Below, piece after piece: positions 1 through 10,192 of a stretch of 64,000 nucleotides of DNA. The DNA is taken from assembly GCA_015068085.1 (NCBI GenBank), contig SVLF01000002.1, forward strand, positions 39,861-103,860, written 5' to 3'. The stretch comes from Oscillospiraceae bacterium. GTDB taxonomy: Bacteria; Bacillota; Clostridia; Oscillospirales; JAAYXM01. The notes beneath the pieces are model-generated. The model was not told where the DNA came from. It saw only the letters and a program-made list of their open reading frames with translations, and ran no database searches. A program made the translations under genes and the position numbers. Every line of letters starts with the position of its first letter. Positions within the stretch are counted from its first letter, which is position 1.

Positions 1-7
1 TGAATAA

Positions 8-1546
8 TTATTTTACTCTGTTATATGCGCTTTCGTATGCAGCAAGAAGCTTTTCAACGCCCATTTCGTTGATGGTTTCGACAAACTCATCAAACTTTGA
101 AAGCGGCTCCATGCCGAGCATAAATTTTGACATCATTTCTCTTGTGTAGGTTTCTATTTCTACCCGTTCCACTTCCATAACCTTAGTTTCCTCTTCATTG
201 AAAGAAAGCCACATTGTGGGCGCAACTTCATCCATAAGATATGTCGTTGTTATATGACGTCCGGCAGCAACAAACTCAGATTCAAAAGCGTCTACAGCAG
301 CAGAGTCAAAGCGGGCAATAGTTCCGGGAAGAGAGAATCCGTAAAGTGTATTCGGCTGTGCGCCGGTTTCGTCTGTGATATAGACGCGTTTGCCGTCTAC
401 CACGTTATACGTCTCTCCCTCTTTTCCCCACGTAAGAAGCTCACACGCTTCGTCACTGAACATCCAGTCGAGATATTTTGCGGCGTTTGAGATTCTTTTC
501 TCATCCTTTGTGTTGCAAAGCACAAAGCCGTAAGGGTCAATGTTAAATCTGCCAATCTTGTTCGTCCCCGTCTCTTCATTCATAACAGGCGGAATCATCG
601 CAGTAAGCGTGAATTCCGGATTCTGAGTGCGCGCAAGCGGAGTGAAGAAATCTATTCTCGTCTGGAAATCCGGGAAGATAAATCCGCGGTCTGTTGTTAT
701 AAGCTCCTGCCATGTCTGCGTGTTTATCGTCATAAAATCAGCGGGGAGAAGCTTTTCATCAACCATCTGCTTTAAGAAGGTAAGAATTTCAAGCATTGTC
801 GGTTCTGTTGCGCCGTAGCTCCATTTTTCGCTTTCAAAATCATAATATGCGAAGTTGCTGAAATACGGTTTCCACTGCGGACCTATCATACTGATGTAGT
901 TGAGACCGTTACGCATTGAGAACGGATAAGAGTCCGGATATATTTTCTTGAGTTCGCGGCATACTTCAACAAACTCGTCTTTATTTTCCGGAACTTTGAG
1001 GTTATGCTTTTCAAAGATGTCCTTGCGGTACATCCATGCACGCATACCCTGCATAGACTCGCGTCCGTAAGTCGGGCTGTAATATACCTTACCGTCCGCG
1101 GCCTTGCGGGTAGTTACAAGTCTTTCACGCTCTGCCTCAGAAAGCGATGCGATGAAAGCGTTGTAATTCGGCATATGCTCTGCGACATCATCAAGCGCGA
1201 CAAGCGCTCCTTGTGTTGCATATTTTTCCGATGAAGCCTTGTTGTCAAATGTCATCAGATCCGGAAGTGTCTCCGGTGCTGCAAACATAAGCGGAACCTT
1301 GGAATAATAATCCGAACTCGGAACAGCCTGGACCTCAAGGTTTGCTCCCGTACCTTCGCGGATATACTCCCACGCCTTGCAATCTTCATTGAGTGGCCAG
1401 CTGGGATCGGACAGAGTGACAAGTTTTACAGTTGCGCCGTCCGAAAGAGCTGTACCAGTTTCCGTTGGTGCCTTTGTGCAGGCTACAAATGCAAAGAGCA
1501 TAAGCATTGCAAGAAAGCCTGCTGTGATTTTGGATAATCTTTTCAT
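8..1546 (-). CDS. ABC transporter extracellular solute-binding lipoprotein (sugar-type)
   Basis: 512-aa ORF. The N-terminus MKRLSKITAGFLAMLMLFAFVAC is a lipoprotein signal with a lipobox Cys. Size and W/Y/D-rich composition are typical of family-1 carbohydrate SBPs. Confidence 0.75.
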   Translation of the reverse strand: MKRLSKITAGFLAMLMLFAFVACTKAPTETGTALSDGATVKLVTLSDPSWPLNEDCKAWEYIREGTGANLEVQAVPSSDYYSKVPLMFAAPETLPDLMTFDNKASSEKYATQGALVALDDVAEHMPNYNAFIASLSEAERERLVTTRKAADGKVYYSPTYGRESMQGMRAWMYRKDIFEKHNLKVPENKDEFVEVCRELKKIYPDSYPFSMRNGLNYISMIGPQWKPYFSNFAYYDFESEKWSYGATEPTMLEILTFLKQMVDEKLLPADFMTINTQTWQELITTDRGFIFPDFQTRIDFFTPLARTQNPEFTLTAMIPPVMNEETGTNKIGRFNIDPYGFVLCNTKDEKRISNAAKYLDWMFSDEACELLTWGKEGETYNVVDGKRVYITDETGAQPNTLYGFSLPGTIARFDSAAVDAFESEFVAAGRHITTTYLMDEVAPTMWLSFNEEETKVMEVERVEIETYTREMMSKFMLGMEPLSKFDEFVETINEMGVEKLLAAYESAYNRVK

Positions 1547-1595
1547 TTCTGATTTTCCTTTCTGTTTGTTTTTTATATTAACACTGCTGTGTTAA

Positions 1596-2588
1596 TTACG
1601 CCATAGTGGAGAGCCTTGATAAATCAAGTTCACATTTCATTTTTTCACCGGAAAGAAGCCGCTGTGCTTCTTCGCAAACGTGTCTACCGATGCGCTTTGA
1701 ACCGTTGTTTGTCACTCCGGCAGTGTGCTGAAGAAGATGAATGTTCGGAAGCTTTCTAAGCTCACTGTCCTGCGCAGGCGGCTCGGGCGCAGTAACATCA
1801 AGCACCGCCGTGATGTTTCTTTTTTTGCACTCGGCTATCAAATCTTCTTCGTTGATAAGGCTTCCCCTTGAGGTGTTTATAAGCACGGCGCCTTCCTTTA
1901 AAAGCTTGAGATTGTTACGGTTTATCATATTATCGGTTTCAGGAATGCTCGGTGCGTGGACGCTTATAACGTCGCACTGCGACATCAAAGCATCAAGCTC
2001 AAGCTTCTCTGCACCGAGGAATATAATCTGCTCTGCCGGTACATATGGGTCATACACCAAAATTTCTACGCAAAAGCTCTTAAGCAGCTTTATAAAGTGC
2101 CTGCCGGCATATCCAGCGCCGATTACTCCGATTTTTAATCCGTAGAAATCGGTCACTTTGCAGAAATTCTCGCGCCACAGACCATCACGGGACTCCTGCG
2201 GAAGCCAGAAGAATCCCTTGCACGCGGCAATCGCGATACCGAGCGTTGTTTCCGCAACACCGCGGCTTATCTCGTTTGCCGATGCGGTAACACGTAATTC
2301 GCGTTGTATAACATCATCACCGATTACATCCTTCACTGAGCCCGCACCGTGAATAACCCCAAGTAACTCGGGACACAGATCGAGAATTTCATTATCAAGC
2401 ATCGGTGTTTGCCACGATGTTATGATAACATTTGAATCCTTTACGAAATCAAGCACATGCTTGCGATCTGCGAAATCATCGCGGTCGTAAAGACTCAACA
2501 CTCCGAGCTCCCCAAGTTTTTTTAGCTGTTCCTCTGTGAAAATTTTGTTTTGAATTGGTCTGGTTACAAGAACCGTTATTCTTTGCAT
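1596..2588 (-). CDS. D-isomer-specific 2-hydroxyacid dehydrogenase family, NAD-binding
   Basis: 330 aa. Has the Rossmann motif GVIGAGYAGRHF and the C-terminal ...LINTSRGSLINEEDL...DVTAPEP pattern typical of the family. Confidence 0.75.
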   Translation of the reverse strand: MQRITVLVTRPIQNKIFTEEQLKKLGELGVLSLYDRDDFADRKHVLDFVKDSNVIITSWQTPMLDNEILDLCPELLGVIHGAGSVKDVIGDDVIQRELRVTASANEISRGVAETTLGIAIAACKGFFWLPQESRDGLWRENFCKVTDFYGLKIGVIGAGYAGRHFIKLLKSFCVEILVYDPYVPAEQIIFLGAEKLELDALMSQCDVISVHAPSIPETDNMINRNNLKLLKEGAVLINTSRGSLINEEDLIAECKKRNITAVLDVTAPEPPAQDSELRKLPNIHLLQHTAGVTNNGSKRIGRHVCEEAQRLLSGEKMKCELDLSRLSTMA

Positions 2589-2605
2589 TTAAATATCTCC
2601 TGTTG

Positions 2606-5600
2606 TCATTCGGATATGTAGTCAAGAATACGTTTAATGAGCACTGCGACCTCCGCGCGAGTGGTGTAATCAGTCGGCGCAATGCGTCCGGATTTGCCGT
2701 TGACAAGTCCTTCGCCGATGAGGGCTGATACTGCGTCGCGGGCATAAGGTGCGACGGTGTCGAAGTCGGGGTATTTAGGTTCGGCATTCTCCCCCAGTTC
2801 TACTCCAAGCTTCTCTATCGCGCGATATACCATCACCATCATATCTTGGCGAGTGATGGTGCCCAGCGGAGCGTATTTGTTATCACCTATACCGTTGACT
2901 ATTCCTGTGTTGCGTGCTATTGCAAGCTCAGATGCAAAGTAGTCAGATGCGGATACGTCTGCAAAATTCTCGGTATTCGCGCTTTCAAGCTCAAATGCGC
3001 GGACAAGAAGCAGCGCAAAGTCTGCACGGGTAATGTTGTTTGCCGGACTAAACGTGCTTGCAGTCGTACCCTTTATTATTTCATCTGCCGCAAGCGCGTT
3101 TATCGCGCCCTTTGCCCAAGCGTAGTTAGAGAGGTCTGTGAAACGGAGAGTCTCCGTTTCACCCGACGCGTCGGGTGTGTCATTGATGTCGGTTTCTTCA
3201 TTTCCGGTGTTTGTTGTGTCATCCGTTTTGTCTGTCGGTGCGGCACCGCCGCCTCCTCCGCCACCGCCACCACCGGAGGTGGTTCCTTCTCCGGCATTGC
3301 CGGAATTCTCGACGGATGAATTATTATCCGTTGACGGCTTGCTTCCTGTTGTCGAACCATAAACCGTTACTGCAAAGTGAATAGTAGATTCTCTTCCAAA
3401 TGCATCGGTTGCCGTTATTGCAAAATGATTCTCCCCTACCTGCGAGGAATCCGGTTTCCATGTAACCAGACCGGTTTGTGCATTCAGGCTTGCCCCACGC
3501 GGAATTACTTCATTGCTATAAGTTATAGGTTCGCAGCCATCTGCCGCAGTTGCAGAAATGGGTATTCGCATTGTGCTTCCGGCACTCGTTGTGAGCCCGT
3601 TTGGAACAGAAGCAAACTCCGGAGCCGGATTTTCAATATACGAGAGAGGAATCCTTGCCGACTGTCCGACCTCTATGTTGCAATTATATCCCATAGCCGG
3701 ATTCTTTGCATCTTTGTAAGAATTCAGAAGCGTTGTATTTCCGATATTGAGTGTGAGCGTTCTTCCACTGAATGTTGCACTCTCAATCTTATATGCTCCG
3801 TTTATCGCCTTCGCATCATTTTCAACAATTATTATTTTCCCCGAAAGCGAAGAAGCCTCTGCTTCCGTAATGTTACGATTTGCTACAAGAGATATCTCGT
3901 TGCTGAACGCAGATGAATCCTGCGTAAATCCTGAAACTACACCTTCAATACTTGCTGTTGTAGCGGTTGGTATGCCGAGCACCGTGCCGTCATGGAGATA
4001 TTTTCCTGTGTTTACGCCATTCTGAACGGTATACACTCCGACAAATCCGCAAAACGCAAGCTTTGTTTCGTCATCGAGCGTTATTTCATATGTAACCGCA
4101 TTGTTTGTTGCATATAAAATGTAGTCTACCCTGCCGGAAACATGCTCAACTCTTATCGCCCGACGCACATCACTTTCAGCTTCTTTCCCGTTCACCGGAC
4201 GCATTTCAAGTTCATCAATTTTCCTTATGTATCGTTCAGATCGATATGGTTCAAGCACGGTTGCAAACATCGTGTCAAGCTCTGAGTTTTCATCCTTTGC
4301 ACTGTGCTGTACAAACACATAACGGAAGAATGGAATATTCTTGTTTTCTACTTTGTTCGGAACATATCCGTTTACAGTCGAAACCGAAACTTCTCGCTTT
4401 CCGTCACGATTGCCGCTATCAAGCATCGTCATCCGGAGACGAAGACCAGAAGCGTTCTTTATTGCCTTATTGAAATCCTTTATCTTGAAATCAATCTCAA
4501 ACTTCTCGCCCGGTGCATTGTCACGGTCTACTTTATCTACCCATGTGTATCCACGCGGGAAAAGGGTGTCGTAATCCCATGCCTGCGGGGAATATGGGTC
4601 CGGTCCCTTTACTACAGGAAGCTCAACCTCGTTATCCGCGAGAGTCTCTCCCGAAACGGGAAGCCTTACCGTTTTATTCCCTTCTTTATCGGTCTTTTCG
4701 ATATATGTTGCATCCTTGCCTGCATACGTACCCTTGTACTCGCCGTTTTCATCAACCTGCGGGTCAAGGTTAAGTCCGGTAGTTTCAGCAATTTCGTCAC
4801 TTGATGCATGGAAGGAATAAAGGTGGTCGTTGCCGCCGAGGATGCGGAAGAAATCAACGGTGTAAGAATTTTCATCATCCACCTTGACCGTGATTACGCT
4901 TCTGCGGTAGATGTCGGCAATGTTCTCATATACCTCCGGTGCGTCAACATCCATCAATTTGACCATTCCGCCATCATCAAAATGCTTTGGTCGGCTGATA
5001 GTATTGTTGTTTCCGCCGGATTTTTCATTTACTACAACGGTATTGTGAGAAATAGCCTGACTTACCCACTGGAGACGGTTTGGCTGCATGCTTGCCTCTT
5101 CGGGATATCCAAGATCCGGCATAAAGTTCAATCCAAATGCCGTCATACCGAGGTTTAATGTATCTCTGTGTCCATGCCCGAGAGAAGAACCGAAATACAT
5201 CCATGTGTCGCGGTATGTATTCTGCGCCGTTTGCCCGTTACCTCTGTATTCTGCACCATCGCGGAGTATTCCGAAACCAAATCCTGTGGATATATCCGAC
5301 TCAATGTTTAACGGACCATAGGTATCTATAACCTCTTGCACCTCATCCGCAAGACGATCGGGGTTATTTGCATCTATACCGTAACGCAGTCCCTCTGATG
5401 AATTACCGTTTATTGCATATAGCACTTGTGCAAATATCGGATCCCCTATTTGCGCCCAACCACGCATCGCTATATCGTGAGTTATCCAATGTGCCTTGCC
5501 CAGAACAACCGATGTGTCTCCTATCTGCGGTGTATAGTAAGAAGACATAAGCGGTATAAAGGAGTACATCATCTTCACAAATTTAGGGTTGTTGTAGAAG

Positions 5601-8600
5601 TTTGCAACGGGATAACGGTCATAATCATCAAGAATATCTGAGATTTTTATAAGGGAGGTAAGCCATCCCACGTTGTACGCTGAATTCTCATTTCCCTGAC
5701 CATCACGGCTTATCTGATTTACGAGATATTCGTCTACTCCACCGCCTGTTGAATTTATAGTTCCGTTAAAACCGGGAGCCATAAGATAATCGAGCCATTT
5801 TGCCGTTTCCGGCATAGTGTCGAGGACTATTGCCATAGTAGCATTCGGAACCTGCGGGTATCCGAAATTCCCACCAAGCAATGAATATCCTTTCCTGTAT
5901 GCATTCTCACCGGTAAGTCCTTCAAGACCTCCACGCAATGCTCCGTCCTCAATATTTGTGCGAATCTGTGAGGAAGTATTCTTCGCATGGCGGAACTTTA
6001 TTGTCTTTCCTTTGTCCTTGATATAATTAAGAATATAGGGATCGCTTTCATAGAGATCGAATACAAGGTCATAGCTCTCGGCAAGCAGTGATGCTATACC
6101 GTTTTCCCAGATATGATGATTGAGTGCTTTACCCTGACAGGTGTCAGACGTTCTGAAAGCCTCATAGTCATGCTGCGTCATATCATATTCGCCGTAGAAA
6201 TCGCCTACGCGGTCAAGCAAAATCGCAAGTGCTCTTCCGTATTTGATATCGCCGGTGTAATAGTAGGTGTTTTTCAACAAGTTAAGTCCTCTTCTTATCA
6301 GCGCTCCGCTTGTGTCGCTGTTCTGACCGTGGTTCCAGAAGCCTTGCATAATATATTCAGAGATGTATGTATGCCGCTCGGGGGTTATAACATTTTTTGC
6401 ACCGACAAGCGTATATGCCGTTCCATCTGCCTTGCGCGGAATATATCCGAAGCCGTCGTCGACGCCCCATGTTTTGATATCCTCGCCCTCGCGGAAATGT
6501 GCAATATCCTTGGGGTCTGTATCCTTATAAAGGTCGTTATAAAGATATCCTTTATCGTTGCCATAACCGTAGAAATCATACCACTCCGGTGTTTTTTCCA
6601 AATCCGATGCAGGAGTTTCCGGTGCATCACAGCTGCACCCGGCATCTGCTGCACCGTGATAGACTAATCGGTGATGCGCATCAAGAGCGCGCTGATAATC
6701 AAACTCTTTGTATTCGTTTAAACCAAGCTTGTAGAATCCCTCAAAGTCATTCGACGGGAAGAGACGTTTGCAATCCGGGCACTGAATCTTCCATGGACGA
6801 GATACTATATTGTGATTCCATGAGTATGCGCCGTGCTTTGCTCGCAAGTCCGTTCCGCAAAAGCGGCAATAGTATTTATACGGATCTGCCATAATACCTG
6901 CTGCAAGACTTCTCGGAAGCCCTTCGGACGGAATTGCATCATATAAAGCATCAACATTTTCTACATAGAAATCAGCATCGCCCATCGCTTTATCCGCAAT
7001 TGCTTTCGCCCAATCATACTTCTTCACATTTTCCCGGACTGCGTTTACTATATCCTCCGTAAAATATGACGCTTTGCTCTTGCCGACAACTATCGTCAGC
7101 GGAGCTTCAACTGTGCGAATGCGTCCATCCAGCTTTACAGTTACGCGGAAAACCGCTTCATTTCCGTTATCCGGGTCTGCCGAAATAGGAATTATGTTGA
7201 GTGCGGAGTCAAGCTTCGCATATTCAGGTGTAAGCGCTTCTGCTGCAATCTCAGCATCACTCATATCAAGCTCACGACCTACATTACTGATCGCCTGAAC
7301 GTAAAGAGGAACGGTATCTGCCTCGTCATCTGTATAACGGATATATTTGCTTCCTCCGGCTGAAATTTTTATATCAGTCATTCCTTCGGGTAGTATTTCA
7401 ACGTAAACCATTCCGGTTTTAGATTTACCGAGGAAGGTCGTTGTAACCTCGATTTCAGCCGTTCCTACGCTCTTTGATGTCAAAAGTCCGGTGGTTTCAT
7501 CAACCACGGCAACATCCGGTGTTTTAGATTCGAATACCGTTGTAGCTGATGATGTGGTGCTAAGAATTCTCCCGCTCTCAAGCGTAGTTACCGGAATAAG
7601 ATATGTACTGTCACCAAGGAAAACTTCTTCTGCCTCCGTTTTTGCGCTCGCAGACTTGATATCATCTTTCTTTACATCAATATTTACGGTTTTTGTAACT
7701 GTTTCACCTTTAACATTTGCAGTGATGGTAAAGGTTGCCGGTCCCGCCTCTGTTGCAGAAATCGTAAAGTTATTCTTTCCCGTTTTTCCGAGTATGTGTC
7801 CTTCAAAATCAAGTTCGATTCCGCCCGTTGACGATGCCGAAACCGTATTTTTCGTTTCGGGATTTCCCTCATTGGTATATTCGGCAAAATGATATGCGCT
7901 ATCATCGTTCATTCGGACGATTGATGTTCCGCTGATGCTTTCGCCCACTGCTAAAATTATATTTTCCTGCATATCACCCAGATCAATATGCGAAAGTTTC
8001 ACGCTTCCGTCAATCGGAGTAAGGGTGAGTGTATTCAGAATCGCACGTCCCTGATAGTAATTGTCGTTTACGAGGCGCAGATAAAATATATTCGGACCTG
8101 CCTTGAGATGTACGGTATTGAGATTTACAACCGGGCCGACAGTGCAAATTGATTCGGGAATATAGAAGTTGTAATCGCCGAGATATTTTTCTCCTGAATA
8201 TATAGCGGTGTATGCACCGTTACTGAATCTTCCTCCGGATAGTGCTACCTGATAATCGCTTTCAAACGGAACATCAACTTCAAATGCGAAGGTTACCCCG
8301 TTTCCTTTATATGAAGGCCAGTAGGAATCTCCTCCCGGGCCTCCCATCGGCACGAACAAGAAATCCTCGCCAACCTCATCGAAGGTATACTTTGCGAAAA
8401 GCTCAATGCTTGTACTTATATCTTTAAGTATTTTATATCCCGGGGTAATATCCGGAACAGTGTAGTCAGCCTTTGTTATTGTCTGTTTGAAATCAACAAT
8501 CGTTGGTGGCGGATTTTCATCGACCGTGATAACTATTGTTTCTGCTAATTCCGTTCCATTTTCGTTTACGGTTTTTACGATAATTGGAGCCTGCCCCTCG

Positions 8601-10030
8601 GAGACTGCTGTGATTATTCCTTCATCACTTACATCTGCAATATCGGGTTTTACCGCTTCATATGTATATGTGTAATCGGTCATAACCGCGTCAATGCCGT
8701 CACTCATTTTTCCGGTGATTACGATTTCCGTTTCTGCTCCAAAAGGAAGAACCATTCCCTTGGCAACAACGGAAATCGATGCAAGAATCGGTTTTTCAGT
8801 TACGGTAATTGTACCGGTTCCGGGAACGATCGTTCCGTCTTTTGCGGTTACAGTTGCCGTGATTGTCGCAGTTCCGGGGTTATGTGCCGTTACAACGCCG
8901 TTCTGATCTATGGTTGCAACAGTATCGCTTGAGGTTGAATATGCAACCGTGTAATCTTCTTTATACGGAACCCCGTTGTCGCGAATGAGCGTAAGCGAGG
9001 TTTTTGTACTTCTTGTCGCAGGAATTGTATCTTTTTCAAACTTAACTTCAACTGTCTGAAGCTTCGGAGCAGGTGTTACGCTTACAGTCTTTGTTATAGG
9101 TGTAAGTGTTTTCCCTCCGACTACGGCTGAAACAGTAATCACTGATTCTCCTGCCGTTTCTCCTGTAAATTCAACCTTATATTGACCGCTTGTTGCGGTC
9201 ATTGCAGCACTCTTTGCACCATCCCACAAAACGTTGGCTAACAGTGCTTCACTGTTTTGTGAGGTTACGATGATGTTATTCCGAGTGTCTTTCTTTCGTT
9301 CTGTTGACCAGTCGTAAAACGGCTTTATTTCTCCGTTGTCATATACTACCTTCGGGGTAAGAGTAAAGCTCTTGCCGACTTCGACAGAATCCGGAATTTG
9401 GCAGACAATACCTTTTATTTGCGGTGCCGCTTCAACTCTTTCAAAAGTGATTCCCGCAAGGTGCATTTTATATCCGTTCGTTCCCGATGCGTTGAAGAAC
9501 ATTATTTCTACTTGTTTATCCGTGTCAAGTTCGATATACCCAAGCGTAGTTTCCGGTCCTTTTTCATAAGCTGCACCGGCTTTATATCCATCATAAAAGC
9601 CTACAAACTGACCGTCTACAAAAACGCCTGTCATACACAAATCTTTACCTGTACCGCCGGTAAACTTCACACGATATGTTCCTGCGCGGAGCGTATCCTT
9701 TGACTTTACAGTAAAGGTACCGTAATAATTGGCAGTGTTTGGAAGAATTTCTACCCAGTTTGCCTTTGCATTTCCTGAGCTTTGAAACGCCTTAACCTGT
9801 ATAAAGTCCCAACTGCTATTTGTAACAAGCGCACCTGATTTCATCTTGTCTCCAATTACGGTAAAATTTGCATTCTCGCTCGCCTCCGCTCCTGCAAAGG
9901 CCGAAGCATCGAATGTAATTGAAAGAGAATCAAGCACACTCTCATTAGCTGCAAAACTCGGCAACTGCGCACATAACAGCGTAAATATTGAAATTAATGC
10001 AACTATTTTTCTCAAGAAATTATTCTTCAT
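2606..10030 (-). CDS. Giant cell-surface polysaccharide lyase-like protein (heparinase II/III-like core, Ig-like repeats, three C-terminal SLH domains)
   Basis: 2474-aa uninterrupted ORF. Signal peptide MKNNFLRKIVALISIFTLLCAQLPSFAANES. Repeated Big_2-like segments (..TATITATVTAKDG.., ..TFTITANVKGETV..). Core carries the heparinase II/III-like motif SSLGHGHRDTLNLGMTAFG. Also a cadherin/He_PIG-like domain, a Gly10 linker, and three SLH repeats at the C-terminus (FTDLSNYAWAKGAINALAADEIIKG.., FADVSASDYFASELAIARNTGIVNG.., PDFDTVAPYARDAVSALIGEGLVNG). Confidence 0.8.
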   Translation of the reverse strand: MKNNFLRKIVALISIFTLLCAQLPSFAANESVLDSLSITFDASAFAGAEASENANFTVIGDKMKSGALVTNSSWDFIQVKAFQSSGNAKANWVEILPNTANYYGTFTVKSKDTLRAGTYRVKFTGGTGKDLCMTGVFVDGQFVGFYDGYKAGAAYEKGPETTLGYIELDTDKQVEIMFFNASGTNGYKMHLAGITFERVEAAPQIKGIVCQIPDSVEVGKSFTLTPKVVYDNGEIKPFYDWSTERKKDTRNNIIVTSQNSEALLANVLWDGAKSAAMTATSGQYKVEFTGETAGESVITVSAVVGGKTLTPITKTVSVTPAPKLQTVEVKFEKDTIPATRSTKTSLTLIRDNGVPYKEDYTVAYSTSSDTVATIDQNGVVTAHNPGTATITATVTAKDGTIVPGTGTITVTEKPILASISVVAKGMVLPFGAETEIVITGKMSDGIDAVMTDYTYTYEAVKPDIADVSDEGIITAVSEGQAPIIVKTVNENGTELAETIVITVDENPPPTIVDFKQTITKADYTVPDITPGYKILKDISTSIELFAKYTFDEVGEDFLFVPMGGPGGDSYWPSYKGNGVTFAFEVDVPFESDYQVALSGGRFSNGAYTAIYSGEKYLGDYNFYIPESICTVGPVVNLNTVHLKAGPNIFYLRLVNDNYYQGRAILNTLTLTPIDGSVKLSHIDLGDMQENIILAVGESISGTSIVRMNDDSAYHFAEYTNEGNPETKNTVSASSTGGIELDFEGHILGKTGKNNFTISATEAGPATFTITANVKGETVTKTVNIDVKKDDIKSASAKTEAEEVFLGDSTYLIPVTTLESGRILSTTSSATTVFESKTPDVAVVDETTGLLTSKSVGTAEIEVTTTFLGKSKTGMVYVEILPEGMTDIKISAGGSKYIRYTDDEADTVPLYVQAISNVGRELDMSDAEIAAEALTPEYAKLDSALNIIPISADPDNGNEAVFRVTVKLDGRIRTVEAPLTIVVGKSKASYFTEDIVNAVRENVKKYDWAKAIADKAMGDADFYVENVDALYDAIPSEGLPRSLAAGIMADPYKYYCRFCGTDLRAKHGAYSWNHNIVSRPWKIQCPDCKRLFPSNDFEGFYKLGLNEYKEFDYQRALDAHHRLVYHGAADAGCSCDAPETPASDLEKTPEWYDFYGYGNDKGYLYNDLYKDTDPKDIAHFREGEDIKTWGVDDGFGYIPRKADGTAYTLVGAKNVITPERHTYISEYIMQGFWNHGQNSDTSGALIRRGLNLLKNTYYYTGDIKYGRALAILLDRVGDFYGEYDMTQHDYEAFRTSDTCQGKALNHHIWENGIASLLAESYDLVFDLYESDPYILNYIKDKGKTIKFRHAKNTSSQIRTNIEDGALRGGLEGLTGENAYRKGYSLLGGNFGYPQVPNATMAIVLDTMPETAKWLDYLMAPGFNGTINSTGGGVDEYLVNQISRDGQGNENSAYNVGWLTSLIKISDILDDYDRYPVANFYNNPKFVKMMYSFIPLMSSYYTPQIGDTSVVLGKAHWITHDIAMRGWAQIGDPIFAQVLYAINGNSSEGLRYGIDANNPDRLADEVQEVIDTYGPLNIESDISTGFGFGILRDGAEYRGNGQTAQNTYRDTWMYFGSSLGHGHRDTLNLGMTAFGLNFMPDLGYPEEASMQPNRLQWVSQAISHNTVVVNEKSGGNNNTISRPKHFDDGGMVKLMDVDAPEVYENIADIYRRSVITVKVDDENSYTVDFFRILGGNDHLYSFHASSDEIAETTGLNLDPQVDENGEYKGTYAGKDATYIEKTDKEGNKTVRLPVSGETLADNEVELPVVKGPDPYSPQAWDYDTLFPRGYTWVDKVDRDNAPGEKFEIDFKIKDFNKAIKNASGLRLRMTMLDSGNRDGKREVSVSTVNGYVPNKVENKNIPFFRYVFVQHSAKDENSELDTMFATVLEPYRSERYIRKIDELEMRPVNGKEAESDVRRAIRVEHVSGRVDYILYATNNAVTYEITLDDETKLAFCGFVGVYTVQNGVNTGKYLHDGTVLGIPTATTASIEGVVSGFTQDSSAFSNEISLVANRNITEAEASSLSGKIIIVENDAKAINGAYKIESATFSGRTLTLNIGNTTLLNSYKDAKNPAMGYNCNIEVGQSARIPLSYIENPAPEFASVPNGLTTSAGSTMRIPISATAADGCEPITYSNEVIPRGASLNAQTGLVTWKPDSSQVGENHFAITATDAFGRESTIHFAVTVYGSTTGSKPSTDNNSSVENSGNAGEGTTSGGGGGGGGGGAAPTDKTDDTTNTGNEETDINDTPDASGETETLRFTDLSNYAWAKGAINALAADEIIKGTTASTFSPANNITRADFALLLVRAFELESANTENFADVSASDYFASELAIARNTGIVNGIGDNKYAPLGTITRQDMMVMVYRAIEKLGVELGENAEPKYPDFDTVAPYARDAVSALIGEGLVNGKSGRIAPTDYTTRAEVAVLIKRILDYISE

Positions 10031-10123
10031 CTTACATCTCTCCTCGCATCTATTTTAATAAAATTTTAATATACAAAATGGCTGATTGTAACAACATCCT
10101 ACATTTTTTGAAAAGTTTTCAGG

Positions 10124-10152
10124 TTGACACAAGTATATTTAAATGTTATTAT
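10124..10152 (+). promoter_or_regulatory. Sigma-A-type promoter candidate for the AraC regulator gene
   Basis: TTGACA (10124-10129), 17-nt spacer, TATTAT (10147-10152), about 40 nt upstream of the ATG at 10193. Confidence 0.4.
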
Positions 10153-10192
10153 CTTTACATAAACATTGTAAAAGAAACGGAGTTGGTTAAAA

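Noticed and set aside
2476-2787. 103-aa minus-strand ORF bridging the dehydrogenase start and the giant gene's SLH end
   Set aside because: It overlaps two well-supported genes out of frame, and its composition is implausible (P/T/S/N-rich).
3241-3275. Gly10-encoding GC-rich run as a possible slippage or phase-variation tract
   Set aside because: The nucleotide sequence uses mixed GGN codons (ccgcc/tcc/acc pattern on the plus strand), not a homopolymer or perfect short tandem repeat. It is simply an inter-domain linker.
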